From the NCBI GenBank assembly GCA_951406725.2, contig OX597824.1, forward strand, positions 74,338,001 to 74,402,000: a stretch of 64,000 nucleotides of DNA, given 5' to 3'. A program made the position numbers and the translations under genes. Below the pieces are notes generated by a model that did not search any database, was not told where the DNA came from, and saw only the letters and a list, made by a program, of their open reading frames with translations. Shown one piece after another: positions 12,450 to 24,361 of this stretch (position 1 is the stretch's first letter; every line of letters starts with the position of its first letter). Origin of the DNA: Octopus vulgaris (taxonomy: Eukaryota).

Positions 12450-12600
12450 AGGCATAGGAGTGGCTGTGTGGTAAGTAGCTTGCTTATCAACCACATGGTT
12501 CCAGGCATGGAACCTTGGGCAAGTGTCTTTTACTATAGCTTCAGGCCGACCAAAGCCTTGTGAGTGTATTTGATAGACGAAAACTGAAAAAAACCCATTG

Positions 12601-12631
<31 letters not shown>

Positions 12632-12852
12632 ATGTGTTTGCATGTCTGTGTTTGTCCCCCCCAACATCGCTTGACAACCGATGGTGGTGTGTTTACGTCC
12701 CTGTAACTAAGCGCTTTGGCAAAAGAGACCAATAGAATAAGTACTAGGTTTACAAAGAATAAGTCCTGGGGTCGATTTGCTTGACTAAAGGTGGTGCTCC
12801 AGCATGACCACAGTCAAATGACTGAAACAAGTAAAAGAGTAAAAAGAGAAAA
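12450..12852 (+). mobile_element. SINE family B
   Basis: Full family B layout. Confidence 0.85.
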
Positions 12853-12877
12853 AGAGTATAAATCTCTCTCTCTCTCT

Positions 12878-12918
<41 letters not shown>

Positions 12919-13048
12919 TGTGTTTGTGTGAATGTGCATAAAATAGCATACTTGAGTGTGTATATGAATGTGCATATGTCCCATCAGAGAGTGATTGGTA
13001 CATATATATTCTTTTATGTTTCAGCCCAAAGACAATGGGCATGCTGGA

Positions 13049-13087
<39 letters not shown>

Positions 13088-13584
13088 ATATATATATATA
13101 TATGAATATGTTTGTGCGGATGTGGATAAAATAGCATTGTGTGTGTGCATGTGATTAAATGAGATAGAGATTTTGTTGTTTCCACTTCCTCCCTTACATG
13201 TCTACTACACCAGAAGTGAAGTGAGAGGGTGCGGTGTGACCTTGATGTTGGTGTTAGCAATGAGAAAGCAAAGAGATGAGGATGACAGAAGGGAGTAAAA
13301 GATACTGTTCCAATAGCATGTGACAACATGAGACACAGAAAGAGGACAACAGAGAGAGAGAGAGAAGCAGAGAAGATAAAAAGTGATGCGATAGTGAAAT
13401 AAGAGTTGAAACAAAAGCTTTTCCACTTCAAAAAAAATAAGGGGAGGTGGCACCAGTTCTATTCATCATCAACTACCAATTCCAAGTGTAACACAATAGG
13501 AAAAGGAAAAAGTTGCCATCCTTTTCTTTAAAAAGTTGGTTCAGATTTATTTTTTTATTTAATTATCATATTTATACAAGATTA

Positions 13585-14210
13585 TTTCAGTTAGTTATTA
13601 GACTGTGGTCATGCTGGAGCATCGCCACGTAGAATTTTTAGTCAAATGGGTTGAGCCCAGTACTTATTATTTTAAGCCTTGTACTTATTTGATCAGTTTC
13701 TCAAGCTGGACCCCACTAAGTTACAGGGATGTAAACACACCAGCACACCATCCAAGAATTTGGACCTGGAAATCACCATTTCCAGCGAGTTCAAGGACCA
13801 CCTCCCAGTGGCGTAGGGCATGAACGAAGAGCCCTCGACTACAACAAGATGACCAAAGTTTTTTGTTTTTCTTTCCCAACGTCTGGGGTCTCCCGCCCCT
13901 AAGCCCTAGACCATCACTTAAATCACCCTTATCCATCTTGTTGATTAACAACAACAACACATCAGCACCAGTTGTCAAGCGGTGCGAGGTGGGGTGGAGC
14001 AAACACAGACACAAAGACACACATACAAAACTACATACACACACACACACAACAGGCTTCTTTCAGTTTCTGATTACCAAATCCACTCACAAGGCTTTGG
14101 TCAGCGCACAGCTATAGTAGAAGACACTTGCTCACGATGCCATGCAGTAGGACTGACCCCAGAACCATGTGGTTAAGAATAAAGCCTTTTACCACACAGA
14201 CATGCCTGTA
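13585..14210 (-). mobile_element. SINE family B (diverged), interrupted by an insertion
   Basis: Reverse-complement family B halves on either side of 13747-13955. Confidence 0.75.
13747..13955 (+). mobile_element. 5'-truncated retroposon 3' end with (AAC)n tail
   Basis: Flanked by a 13-bp duplication AACACACCAGCAC / AACACATCAGCAC and ends in AACAACAAC. Confidence 0.7.
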
Positions 14211-14291
14211 TTTAAAATCCAACAGCTGTGCGTAACTGAGCTTTTAACACTTATGTGATATTTGATGGGCTTCTAAAACGTGTATGTTATT

Positions 14292-14516
14292 TTGGGTTGT
14301 CCGGAAAGTTCATGCCGATTATTAAAGGAAAGAAAAAAGTCAATAAATACTTGCCATTACATTTTTAATCAACCAAATATGAACCATTTTGTTGCACAAT
14401 GCGTCTCCATCTTTCCTTTAACTTGAAAATACCCTCTTCCCAGAATTGCGGTGCCTGGGAGGGTACATCAAAAGGTAAGCTACTATAAATTGGCACGAAT
14501 TTTCCGGACAACCCAA
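14292..14516 (-). mobile_element. mariner deletion derivative retaining the transposase C-terminus
   Basis: TIRs TTGGGTTGTCCGGAAAGTTCATGCCGATTT / AAATTGGCACGAATTTTCCGGACAACCCAA with TA on the right; encodes FWEEGIFKLKERWRRIVQQNGSYLVD. Confidence 0.9.
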
Positions 14517-14639
14517 TACAAAGCATAAATACAAGTGGCCCAAATAGGCTCATCTGAAAGATCTCTGGAGTAATGTTTCACAACAGGGTGCATGGCTTGG
14601 GAATCAGGTGGGGGGATCTCTCCAGTTTGAGCTGCTACT

Positions 14640-14860
14640 TCTCTGCATTGTGAGGTCACAGCAATGGCACTACAGACATGTGGTTAGAATGTTGCAGGAA
14701 AGAATTGCAAGATGAATTCTTCAACCCAGACCAAGAATGAGATGGTTGGATAATATCTGTTGCCTCAGTTGATCACACTTGGGAATCCAGCTGAAAGGTG
14801 TAATGACGACCGCTTCTGATAGGACCTTATGGTGAAGTATATACACACTTGACATTATGT
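14640..14860 (+). pseudogene. decayed RTE-like LINE ORF C-terminus
   Basis: Translates ...RHVVRMLQERIAR*ILQPRPRMRWLDNI..., resembling the GRPR.RW.D motif at the end of RTE ORFs; contains stops. Confidence 0.45.
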
Positions 14861-15185
14861 GGGTTAGCAGAGGTTTATCAAAACCAGGTTGACAGCATAT
14901 GCACAAAAACAGAAGAGTGTTTTATGTTCATGTTTACAGTCTTCAAGATAACATATTCAACAATGACAGTGGATATTATATATTGTTTGATAAAAGGACA
15001 CATACTAGGCAACTGCATTTTTTTCAGTGCTCATATTTCCATTAAATAGACACCAGCAGACTACCCTTCATACCCACAACAAACACAGATGTATGGTTCT
15101 AGGTTACATGCATTTATGAAAAACAAAAACAACACTTGATGGTCATGACTGAAGTACCTTTGATCAAAGGTCTGATATATACAAC

Positions 15186-15216
<31 letters not shown>

Positions 15217-15408
15217 CTTTATTTATAAAGGCAGCAGAAAAAAATATAGACAAAAAGTGGTGTTACTCAGAGTTTCACGTTAACACCGTTCTTACATTTC
15301 GGACAGTTTTAAAGGGAAAGAAAACATAATACTGGCTACCTCTGGTATTTGAGTACTATATTTTTCCACCTTGTTTCACATTTATGTGCTTACACAACAA
15401 TGCGTATG

Positions 15409-15465
<57 letters not shown>

Positions 15466-15644
15466 ATATATATAATTAGCACTCTGCCAGTTACAATGAT
15501 GAGTGTTCCAGCTGATCCAATATCAATGAATAACCTGCTCATGAAATTAATGATGTACCACAGATATGTGTACCCCTTAATGTAGTTCTCAGGGAGATTA
15601 AGCTTGACACAGAATGTGACAAGGCTGGCCCTTTGAAATACAGG

Positions 15645-15772
15645 TACAACTCATTTTTGCTAGCTGAGTGGACTGGAGCAATGTGAAATGAAGTGTCTTG
15701 CTCAATGACACAATGTGCTGCTGGGAATTGAACTCATGACCTTACGATCATGAGCTGATTACCCTAACCATG
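15645..15772 (-). mobile_element. SINE family D head fragment
   Basis: Reverse complement gives TGGTTAGGG...GAGTTCAATTCCCAG...TTGAGCAAGACACTTCATTTCACATTGCTCCAGTCCACTCAGC. Confidence 0.65.
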
Positions 15773-16298
15773 CCTAGTCATATATATATATATATATCAT
15801 CATCATCATTTAACGTCCGCTTTCCATGCTAGCATGGGTTGGACTGAGGCATATACATATATATATATATATAAAATGTGACCGCTTGTGTACAGTTGGT
15901 AACAGAGAAAGGACTCCTCATTTCGAGCATTCAACGGCAATACAGATGGGTGGATGGATGGATGAATCAATGGACAGATAGGATAGATAGATATCAATCT
16001 CAAATCCCTATTTCATTGTTGTGTGTGTGTGTGTGAATTTAGAATAAAAACCACAGGTGTTGTGAAATTTTATTAGAACACTATCGTTACTCTCTTAGCT
16101 GATGAAGTGCTATTCTACATGTTGAAGACTCACCATGTAACATGTGTGTGTGTGGGGGGGGGGGAAGATATACATTTATATACACACACATGAATTTATG
16201 AGTTAAACAAACACCCCTTCAAAAAAAAGCGTTCTTTCTATTTTCCTAGCTCCAACTACAAATACATATATCATCATTATATATATTGCATTCTCTAT

Positions 16299-16703
16299 AG
16301 GCGCAGGAGTGGCTGTGTGGTAAGTAGCTTGCTTACCAACCTCATGGTTCTGGGTTCATTCCCACTGCGTGGCACCTCGGGCAGACCAAAGCCTTGTGAG
16401 TGGATTTGGTAGACAGAAACTGAACGAAGCCCGTCATATATGTGTGTGTGTGTGTATATATATATATATACATGTATGTATGTATGTATGTGTGTGCGTG
16501 TGTTTGTCCCCCCAACATCACTTGACAACCGATGGTGGTGTGTTTCATGCCCCCGTTACTTGGCGGTTTGGTAAAAGAGGCCGATAGAATAAGTACTAGA
16601 CTTACAAAGAATAAGTCCTGGGTTCGATGTGGTTGACTAAAGGCGGTGCTCCAGCATGGCCGCAGTCAAATGACTGAGACAAGTAAAAGAGTAGAGTAAG
16701 AGT
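16299..16703 (+). mobile_element. SINE family B
   Basis: Full layout with a small internal deletion. Confidence 0.85.
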
Positions 16704-16800
16704 AATCATCATACTGTTAACGTTTAATTTTCCACGCTTGCATGGGTAAGAGGGGGTATGCTGAAGCCAATTTTCTACACCCGGATTTCTGTTTTGTAAC

Positions 16801-17072
16801 CTCTCTTTACCGAACCGCTAAGTGACGGGGATGTAAACACACCAGCATCGGTTGTCAAGCAATGCTAGGGGGACAAACACAGACACACAAACACACACAC
16901 ACATATATATACATATACATGACAGGCTTCTTTCAGTTTCCGTCTACCAAATCCACTCACAAGGCATTGGTCGGCCCGGGGCTATAGCAGAAGACACTTG
17001 CCCAAGATGCCACACAGTGGGACTGAACCCGGAACCATGTGGCTGGTTAGCAAGCTACTTACCACACAGCCA
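16801..17072 (-). mobile_element. SINE family B, partial
   Basis: Reverse-complement head, core and microsatellite; tail missing. Confidence 0.8.
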
Positions 17073-17266
17073 ACCTTTTTTTGAAGCAGAGTAATATTTT
17101 CCCATGACCAAACATTTTTCCAGGCAACATTTGAAAGGAATGACACATATTCCTATCACAGAGACACTCATTCACAATTAACATGCGATATCAAAGACAA
17201 AGAGACACAAACATACACGCACATACATATATATATTGAGAAAAGGGCATAAATTTCCTATCAACT

Positions 17267-17326
17267 TTTCTAATGAGTGCCGAGATTGGTTGTCTTAAAT
17301 ACTCATGTACGAAACCATTGGTAAAA
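17267..17326 (+). ncRNA. hammerhead ribozyme-like motif, probably inactive
   Basis: TTT CTAATGA GTGC...GTAC GAAAC CATTG GTA AAA; core G5 is replaced by A. Confidence 0.55.
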
Positions 17327-17623
17327 TCAGCTGAAACAGGTCAGTAAAATAAATAATATATCAAACTCTGTTGACAATTATATGAGTGACTGTTTGTTTT
17401 CTGACTCATGGATTCTTAAATTACTCCCCCCCTCTCTCTCTCCCTCCCTATACACACATGCACACATACACAGGTGAACAAATAAAAGATGAAAAATATT
17501 CAACACATGCTGCAGATGTTACATATTTCTCTTAGCAGCTTGAATTAAAATACTATACATCATTGTGAAACATAGGCAAATATTAAACAATCAAGATATG
17601 CGTGTGTGTGTATTTATATATAT

Positions 17624-17670
<47 letters not shown>

Positions 17671-18189
17671 ATTCATTTAACATCTATGTTCCATGTTGCC
17701 ATATATATTTTTATATATATATATATATATTGAGTCAGATGATTACTTATACTGAATCAGATTCACGCGGGTATTGTGAGTCACAGATATGCATGTCTGA
17801 CTCTATCCGGCTTTATATATTTATATTAAATTTCATAATCTATTAGGTCATTAGGTTAGTACTAAACAACAGCGTTTAGTCATCACGTGTAAATAATCTA
17901 GGTTAAGTCAGTTTAGTTGAACTGTTCCTGGATCACTATACTACTATAAGCCCCACTTACGGTAGTAGATAAACTCCACTTATGGTAGTAGAAGGAAAAG
18001 AAGCACTCCCTAATTATATGATGTTGTGATAATCATGTTATCCACAGACCACAGACTTTCTTACCTGCTTAAAGCTTAATGGGTTGAAACCATTGGGATC
18101 AATACTGAAATACAGAACTAGATTAAAGATCCTATAAATCTAATTATATCATTCAATTAGCTAAGAAGTTCACTTAGCCATCACAAGGT

Positions 18190-18588
18190 CATCATCATCG
18201 TTTAACGTCCGTTTTCCGCGCTAGCACAGGGTCTGGGAAGCCAGGGCCTGCTCCAGGCTCCAGTCTGATCTGGTAGAGTTTCTACGGCTGGATGCCCTTC
18301 CTAACGCCAACCACTCCGCAAGTGTAGTGGGTGCTTTTTACGTGCCACCTGCACAGGTGCCAGGGGGAGTCCAGCATCGGTCACGATCGGTTGGAGCTTT
18401 TAACGTGCCAGCGGCACGGAAGCCAGCCAAGGCGGCGCTGGCAACGTTCGGATAGTCTTTTTATGTGCCACCGGCACAGGAGCCAGTTGGGGCGGCGCTG
18501 GCATTGGCCACGTTCGGATGGTGCCTTTTATGTGCCACCGGCACAGAAGCCAGTCGGGGCGGAGCTGGCATCGGCCACGTTCGGATAG
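18190..18588 (-). mobile_element. family C tail with four ~60-bp tandem modules
   Basis: (CAT)n CGTTTAACGTCC..., then four GGTGCTTTTAYGTGCCACCGGCAC-type units. Confidence 0.85.
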
Positions 18589-18691
18589 TAATGGGGCTAA
18601 GTATTTTTTTTTATCAGAGCCTTGGGTCAACTCAAACTTTGTGAGTAAAACTGGATAGATAGAAACTATGTAGAAGCCTACTTGATAAATA

Positions 18692-19260
18692 TTGGGTTGT
18701 CCGGAAAGTTCATGCCGATTTATTGCAGCTTACCTTTCGACTTATTTTAGAACATGGTTGAGTCCATAAAATAGGATTAGACAACATCTCCATTTAGAGC
18801 ACAGTTTAAGCTATCTTTTCGTGGAAGAAGGTTTATGTTCCTATAACCTGTGTTAATTCTGTAACCCTTTAAAATGGAAGAAAGTTCATTTTCGGCACTT
18901 GATGCTTTTCTTTTTCCATAAAGGGAAAAATGCCTCACAAGCAACCAAAGAAATATGCGCAGTTTACGGTGATATTTCTTTATCCGAAAGAACTGTATGG
19001 AAGTGGCTCGCAAGGTTCCGAGCTGGAGATTGTAGCCTTATTGATAAAGAGCGATCAGGCAGACCATCCACTACAGATGATGACCAAATCAAGTCATTAA
19101 TTGAGAATAACCCACATTGCACAACCCGAGAATTGGCAGAAAGCCTCAACCTATCAAAATCTGTCATTCATGAGCACCTGGTAAAGCTTGGGTAATGGCA
19201 AGTATTTATTGACCTTTTTCTTTTCTTTAAGAATTGGCACGAACTTTCCGGACAACCCAA
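18692..19260 (+). mobile_element. mariner deletion derivative retaining the N-terminal HTH
   Basis: TA-flanked TIRs nearly identical to those of 14292-14516; internal transposase N-terminus. Confidence 0.92.
18874..19195 (+). pseudogene. mariner transposase N-terminal DNA-binding fragment
   Basis: MLFFFHKGKNASQATKEICAVYG...SERTVWKWLARFRAGDCSLIDKERSGRPS...TTRELAESLNLSKSVIHEHLVKLG; no DDD domain; frameshift near the start. Confidence 0.85.
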
Positions 19261-19796
19261 TAGTAACTGCAATTCAAAGGTCTAGACTGTGTAATGCTGG
19301 CTCTGCATGAGAAATATACATCTGTGGAATATTCAGCTACTCACATGCTAGTCTGATGAGTAGGTAATTCAGTTGATCTATATAGTATATTGTATACTAG
19401 CAAATCTACAGGGAAATCATAACAGCAGTATGTATTGAGAAATGTGTAAATGGACTTGATAGATTACTGGGTGATGTCTTAGAGAAATCACATTATTGTT
19501 GGCGATACAGTATTCTATTGCAGCTATATGATATGTGTTTGTGACTAAGTTACATGTGATGATGATATTCACTCCCAAACTGAAATAGGCTCCCACTTAT
19601 GTGGACCACTCCTAAAGAAAGCTAGAGCTTCCTTCAACCACTACATAAAAAGTATTAAGTAAAAATGTTATTTAGATGTACTTTTATTTTAGTTGATTAC
19701 ACAATTTTACGCTTGTTTATATTCTTATACATTCAAAGTTCACAAATTTCCTTATTTAAATTATAAATCATATTCCTATCAATAATATCAATATGA

Positions 19797-20480
19797 TTAC
19801 AAAACTTCTTTGTAGACGATATTTTCTGTTTGGTCAACACTAATTTTTAAATTACTGGAGGCATTGCTCTACTGAGAGTGATGTATAACTGACCGTGTAT
19901 AAACATCAGAGTGGGTAAAAATACATCCACGCGATCTAAAGTTTGGCCTTGTGCCTTGTTTGCTGTGAATGTACAAGCAGAATCTTTAAAAATCTGCTCA
20001 TCTATGATGGGAAACAAAGGGATAGTATCACAAATCTAAACCCTCTGAATTCACGAACTATATGGGGCAGGGATGAAATCCAGAGTTAATCCTTGTTGCT
20101 GGAATTTTTTAAAAAATTTAAAAAATATCAAAGGGGATTTATTAATATAAAAGTCAATATCAGTAATTGTTCATATACCACTTAAAGATGAGCCAAAGCC
20201 ATCACAATCACTGTCTAATAAAGCTATCCTAAACCAAAACTTTCATATAAGGTGTAATTCAGTGGAGAAGCAAGCTGACTTATTTCCTTTGCTTCTTTTA
20301 TGAGTTATCTCCCCCTTAATTTTTATTTACTTTTTTTACACCTTTAAACTGAACAATTACCCTCAATATCCACTAAATAATCATACTTTTCCACACTTCT
20401 TTTGCTAAAAACCTTCCTGATTACCTCCTTTGTAACCCTGAAAAATATTGTAACCATTGGTCCAGCCATTCGACAGTGAA
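19797..20480 (-). pseudogene. Helitron PIF1-type helicase C-terminal fragment
   Basis: Minus strand gives TANKAQGQTLDRVDVFLPTLMFIHGQLYITLSR (SF1 motifs V and VI) and, after a frameshift, NIVYKEVL*; possible element end CTAG at 19397-19400. Confidence 0.8.
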
Positions 20481-20509
20481 AAGAGAATAGACAGACGGAT
20501 ATAACACCC

Positions 20510-20564
<55 letters not shown>

Positions 20565-20939
20565 CATATAATCATCATCATCATTTAACATCCGTTGTCC
20601 ATGCTGGCATGGGTTGGACGGTTTGACCAGGGCTGGAACACTGGAAGGCTGCATCAGATTCCAGTCCGATTTGGCATGGTTTTCTATCTCTGGATATATA
20701 CACAAATCTATCTACCTGTATATATATGCACTCACCTACCGCTTAGCCTTTTTACCTAGCAACCTAATGATTCTGCCGGTTCACTGCACATACACACCCA
20801 CACATGCTTGCTGTAAAGTAGACATGTGTGGATATGTATGTGTGAGTGTGTCTCTGTGCACCTGAGTGAGTGTGCCCATAACCGGGTTTGCACGCCCTTC
20901 CCTGTTAAACTAAATGTAATCTTTCTTTGATAGGTTGTA

Positions 20940-21149
20940 CTCTCTTTACTCTTTTACTTGTTTCAGTCATTTGACTGCGGCCATGCTGGAGCACCGCCTT
21001 TAGTCGAGCAAATCGACCCCGGGACTTATTCTTTGTAAGTCCAGTACTTATTCTATCGGTCTCTTTTGCCAAACCGCTAAGTGGCGGGGACGTAAACACA
21101 CCAGCATCGGTTGTCAAGCAATGCTAGGGGAACAAACACAGACACACAA

Positions 21150-21204
<55 letters not shown>

Positions 21205-21376
21205 CATATATATGACGGGCTTCTTTCAGTTTCCATCTACCAAATCCACTCACAAGGCATTGGTCGGTCCGGGGCTATAGCAGAAGACACTTGCCCAAGA
21301 TGCCACGCAGTGGGACTGAACCCGGAACCATGTGGTTGGTTAGCAAGCTACTTACCACACAGCCACTCCTGCGCCT
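20940..21376 (-). mobile_element. SINE family B, young full copy
   Basis: Complete reverse-complement layout with CpGs largely retained. Confidence 0.9.
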
Positions 21377-21681
21377 ATATATTTTACGATTGTATGATTT
21401 TAATTTTGTGTTATATACCCACAGGTAACAGTAGCAGGTCATAATCAAAATACAGTAGGCACGAACAACATGCCTAGAACATCTCCGGATATCTAGTGAA
21501 ACATCCCCATCTTTATACATGTACCTGAAGTGACACAAACTGCACAGGTCGATGCAACACTGTTAGATGCACAAAATCCTACCCATAACAGATACTTGCA
21601 AGATGAGTGGAAACGACTGTTGTACTGAATAAAGACTAGTGCAAAATCTAACTTCCATTTCCTTCATTGGTTATTATTATT

Positions 21682-22470
21682 CATCATCATCATCATCATC
21701 GTTTAACGTCCGTTCTCCATGCTAGCATGGGTTGGACGGTTCGACCGGGGATCTGGGAAGCCAGAAGGCTGCACCAGGCTCCAGTCTTATCTGGCAGTGT
21801 TTCTACAGCTGGATGCCCTTCCTAACGCCAACCACTCCGTGAGTGTAGTGGGTGCTTTTTATGTGCCACCTGCACAGGTGCCAGGCGAGGCTGGCAACGG
21901 CTACGGTCGGATTGGTGTATTTTATGTGCCACCGGCACAGAAGCCAGACGAGGCGGTGCTGGCATCGGCCACGAGTCGGATGGTGCTTTTTACGTACCAC
22001 CAGACCGGGGATCCTGGCTGGTTCAATTCGATTTCGATTTCGCTTGCCCCAACATGTCTTCGCAAGCAAGGGGGTTGGCATGGGTGCCTGTTGTACGGTC
22101 AGATTGGTGTATTTTACGTGCCACCGGCACGGAAGCCAATATATATATATATATATATATCATCATCATCATCATCATCATCGTTTAACGTCCGCTTTCC
22201 GCGCTAGCACGGGTTGGACGGTTTGACCGGGTCTGGGAAGCCAGGGCCGCACCAGGCTCCAGTCTGAATCTGGCAGAGTTTCTACGGCTGGATGCCCTTC
22301 CTAACGCCAACCACTCCGTGAGTGGATTGGGTGCTTTTACGTGCCACCTGCACAGGGGCCGGAGGGTCCGGCATCGTCACGATCGGTTCGAGCATTTTAA
22401 CGTGTCAGCGGCACGGGGGCAACGAGGTCCGGGGTACTTTGGGGATCGGGGTACTTTGGGGATCCGGGGT
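21682..22470 (-). mobile_element. two adjacent family C tails with tandem modules
   Basis: Two (CAT)n CGTTTAACGTCCG starts at about 21682 and 22159, each followed by GGATGCCCTTCCTAACGCCAACC and modules. Confidence 0.85.
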
Positions 22471-22774
22471 ACTTAGAATGGGTATATATATCACAGCATT
22501 TATCGTCACTGATATGTAATTAGGTAGAGGAAAGAAATACAGATATTCTAGAGTTGAGTTGGGGAGGGGGGGGGTCCAGTTGAGGCGGGTAATATAGGGG
22601 AGCAACCAGTGGGAAGGTTGGGGTAAGGAGGAACAATGGCAGGAAGGGTTGGTGTCGGTTCCTAAGAAATAAAAACGTAGGATATTACGAGGCGGGAGGG
22701 TACTAAAGGGGATGGTCGGAATGAGGCAGTGTCAGGAGGAAGCATATATATATATATATATACATACATACATA

Positions 22775-23607
22775 CAGGGTACAGTGAATAAACTGCCATC
22801 TAAATTTTGCAAAAATGAAAATAACACTGACATCTCATTTTAACAGATATATTTGCCAGAATTACATAAAAATCACCATTGACTTCAACCATGGCCTCCA
22901 AAATCTCCTGCAATTCTTCTAGGTGGTATTTTTGTTTAGGTTGGTGAATGCTGCCATAATCCTTGTCTTCAATTCATCTTTAGTGTTACAAGGAGTTTTG
23001 TTGGTCTCTCACTTAACTGTGCCCCACACATAATAATCAAGGGGGTTACAGTCTTTGGAGTTAGGTAGCCAGATATTAGGGGTGATGCGGTTGCAGAAAT
23101 TGTCTGACAGCCATGACTGGGTTCTCCTGCTTGTGTAACATGGTGCAAAGTCCTGTTGCCAGACATATTGTCTTCCAGCAGCTACCCTCGTTACCCAAGG
23201 CAGCACTACCTACTCCAGGCACTTGATGTAGGCCTCCGTGTTGAGTCCAAGGCCATGTAAGAAGATGTATGGAGGCATAACATCACCACCACTAGTGATC
23301 AGTCCAGACACAATTATGTTGACTGGATGTTTGATTTTTATCACTCTCGGTACATGTCCTCAGATTGTACTGTCCTCAGATTGACACCCAAACACTCCGA
23401 AATGTTCATATTGGAGCTTCTGGTGTGAATGCCAAGCAGTACAGCATGTCGTTTCCAAATTTCTGGCAGAGTTAATTATGTCACGGTGCTGTTTTTCTCT
23501 CAGACAGTGCCCAACTGACCCTACTATACCGTGTAGTGAACAAAATCAAAAACAAACAATGTGCATGCATGAAATTATAAAATGGGGACAATTTATCCAT
23601 CATCCTG
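22775..23607 (-). mobile_element. Tc1/mariner superfamily maT (DD37D) deletion derivative
   Basis: TA-flanked degenerate TIRs CAGGGT...ATCCTG; translation WQQDFAPCY...WLPNSKDCNPLDYYVWG has 37 residues between the two Asp. Confidence 0.8.
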
Positions 23608-24361
23608 TATATATATATATACACACACACAGACACACATTCCCCAAATTATGTGCACATGAATGTGTGTATATATATATGTATATGTGTACATGTGCAT
23701 TCACATATCTAGTTGGACTGTGCCAGGATGAGTTCATTTCCACTGAGTTCATTTTATTGAACAACTACCACTACAAGGCACCTTGGGTGAGGGTCTTTAT
23801 TTGAGCCATCCAGTATATCTTGCTGCACTTCAATAAGCTGTATGTATGCACATGTATATCCCTTACACATATACAGATATATACGTATGCGTGTGTGAGT
23901 GTATGCTTTTGTGTGCCTGCATATGTCTTTGTGAATGACTACATTCCACCCACTTACATATGAAAGCAAGTGCTGAACTTGAAAACAATGGCTATCAACA
24001 TTTTCAGCAAACCAGCCTCTACTTTTGCACATGTGAAGAGAGCCATACCTCTGTTCATAATGTATAAATTGACTTAAATATACAATAGATGATATATTGA
24101 CACTGTCAAAATATACATAATACCTCAGCAATGCAACACTTAACCTAATTCATATGTAGCTTTACCAGGAAAAATAATTTATAAAGTATGCTTTAGAAAA
24201 TAGCAATTTTATCTATTAAACTTAAATGAGCTGATAATTAGTTATGCTTTAAACCTTTTGTATTTAAACTAGCTATATCCAGTACAAATATTCTATCTGT
24301 TTTATGTTCATACCGGCCAGATCCAGCCTCTCACACCTACCCTGTAAAGTCATTCTAAAAG

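Noticed and set aside
18330-18588. Family C modules as pistol ribozymes or a CRISPR array
   Set aside because: CGUGC/GCACG followed by UAAA recalls pistol P1, but the P2/P3 arrangement and cleavage site are missing; the spacers are homologous to each other.
22560-22630. G-quadruplex-like G runs
   Set aside because: Probably the complement of the C-rich sequence that precedes family C tails; no independent sign of function.
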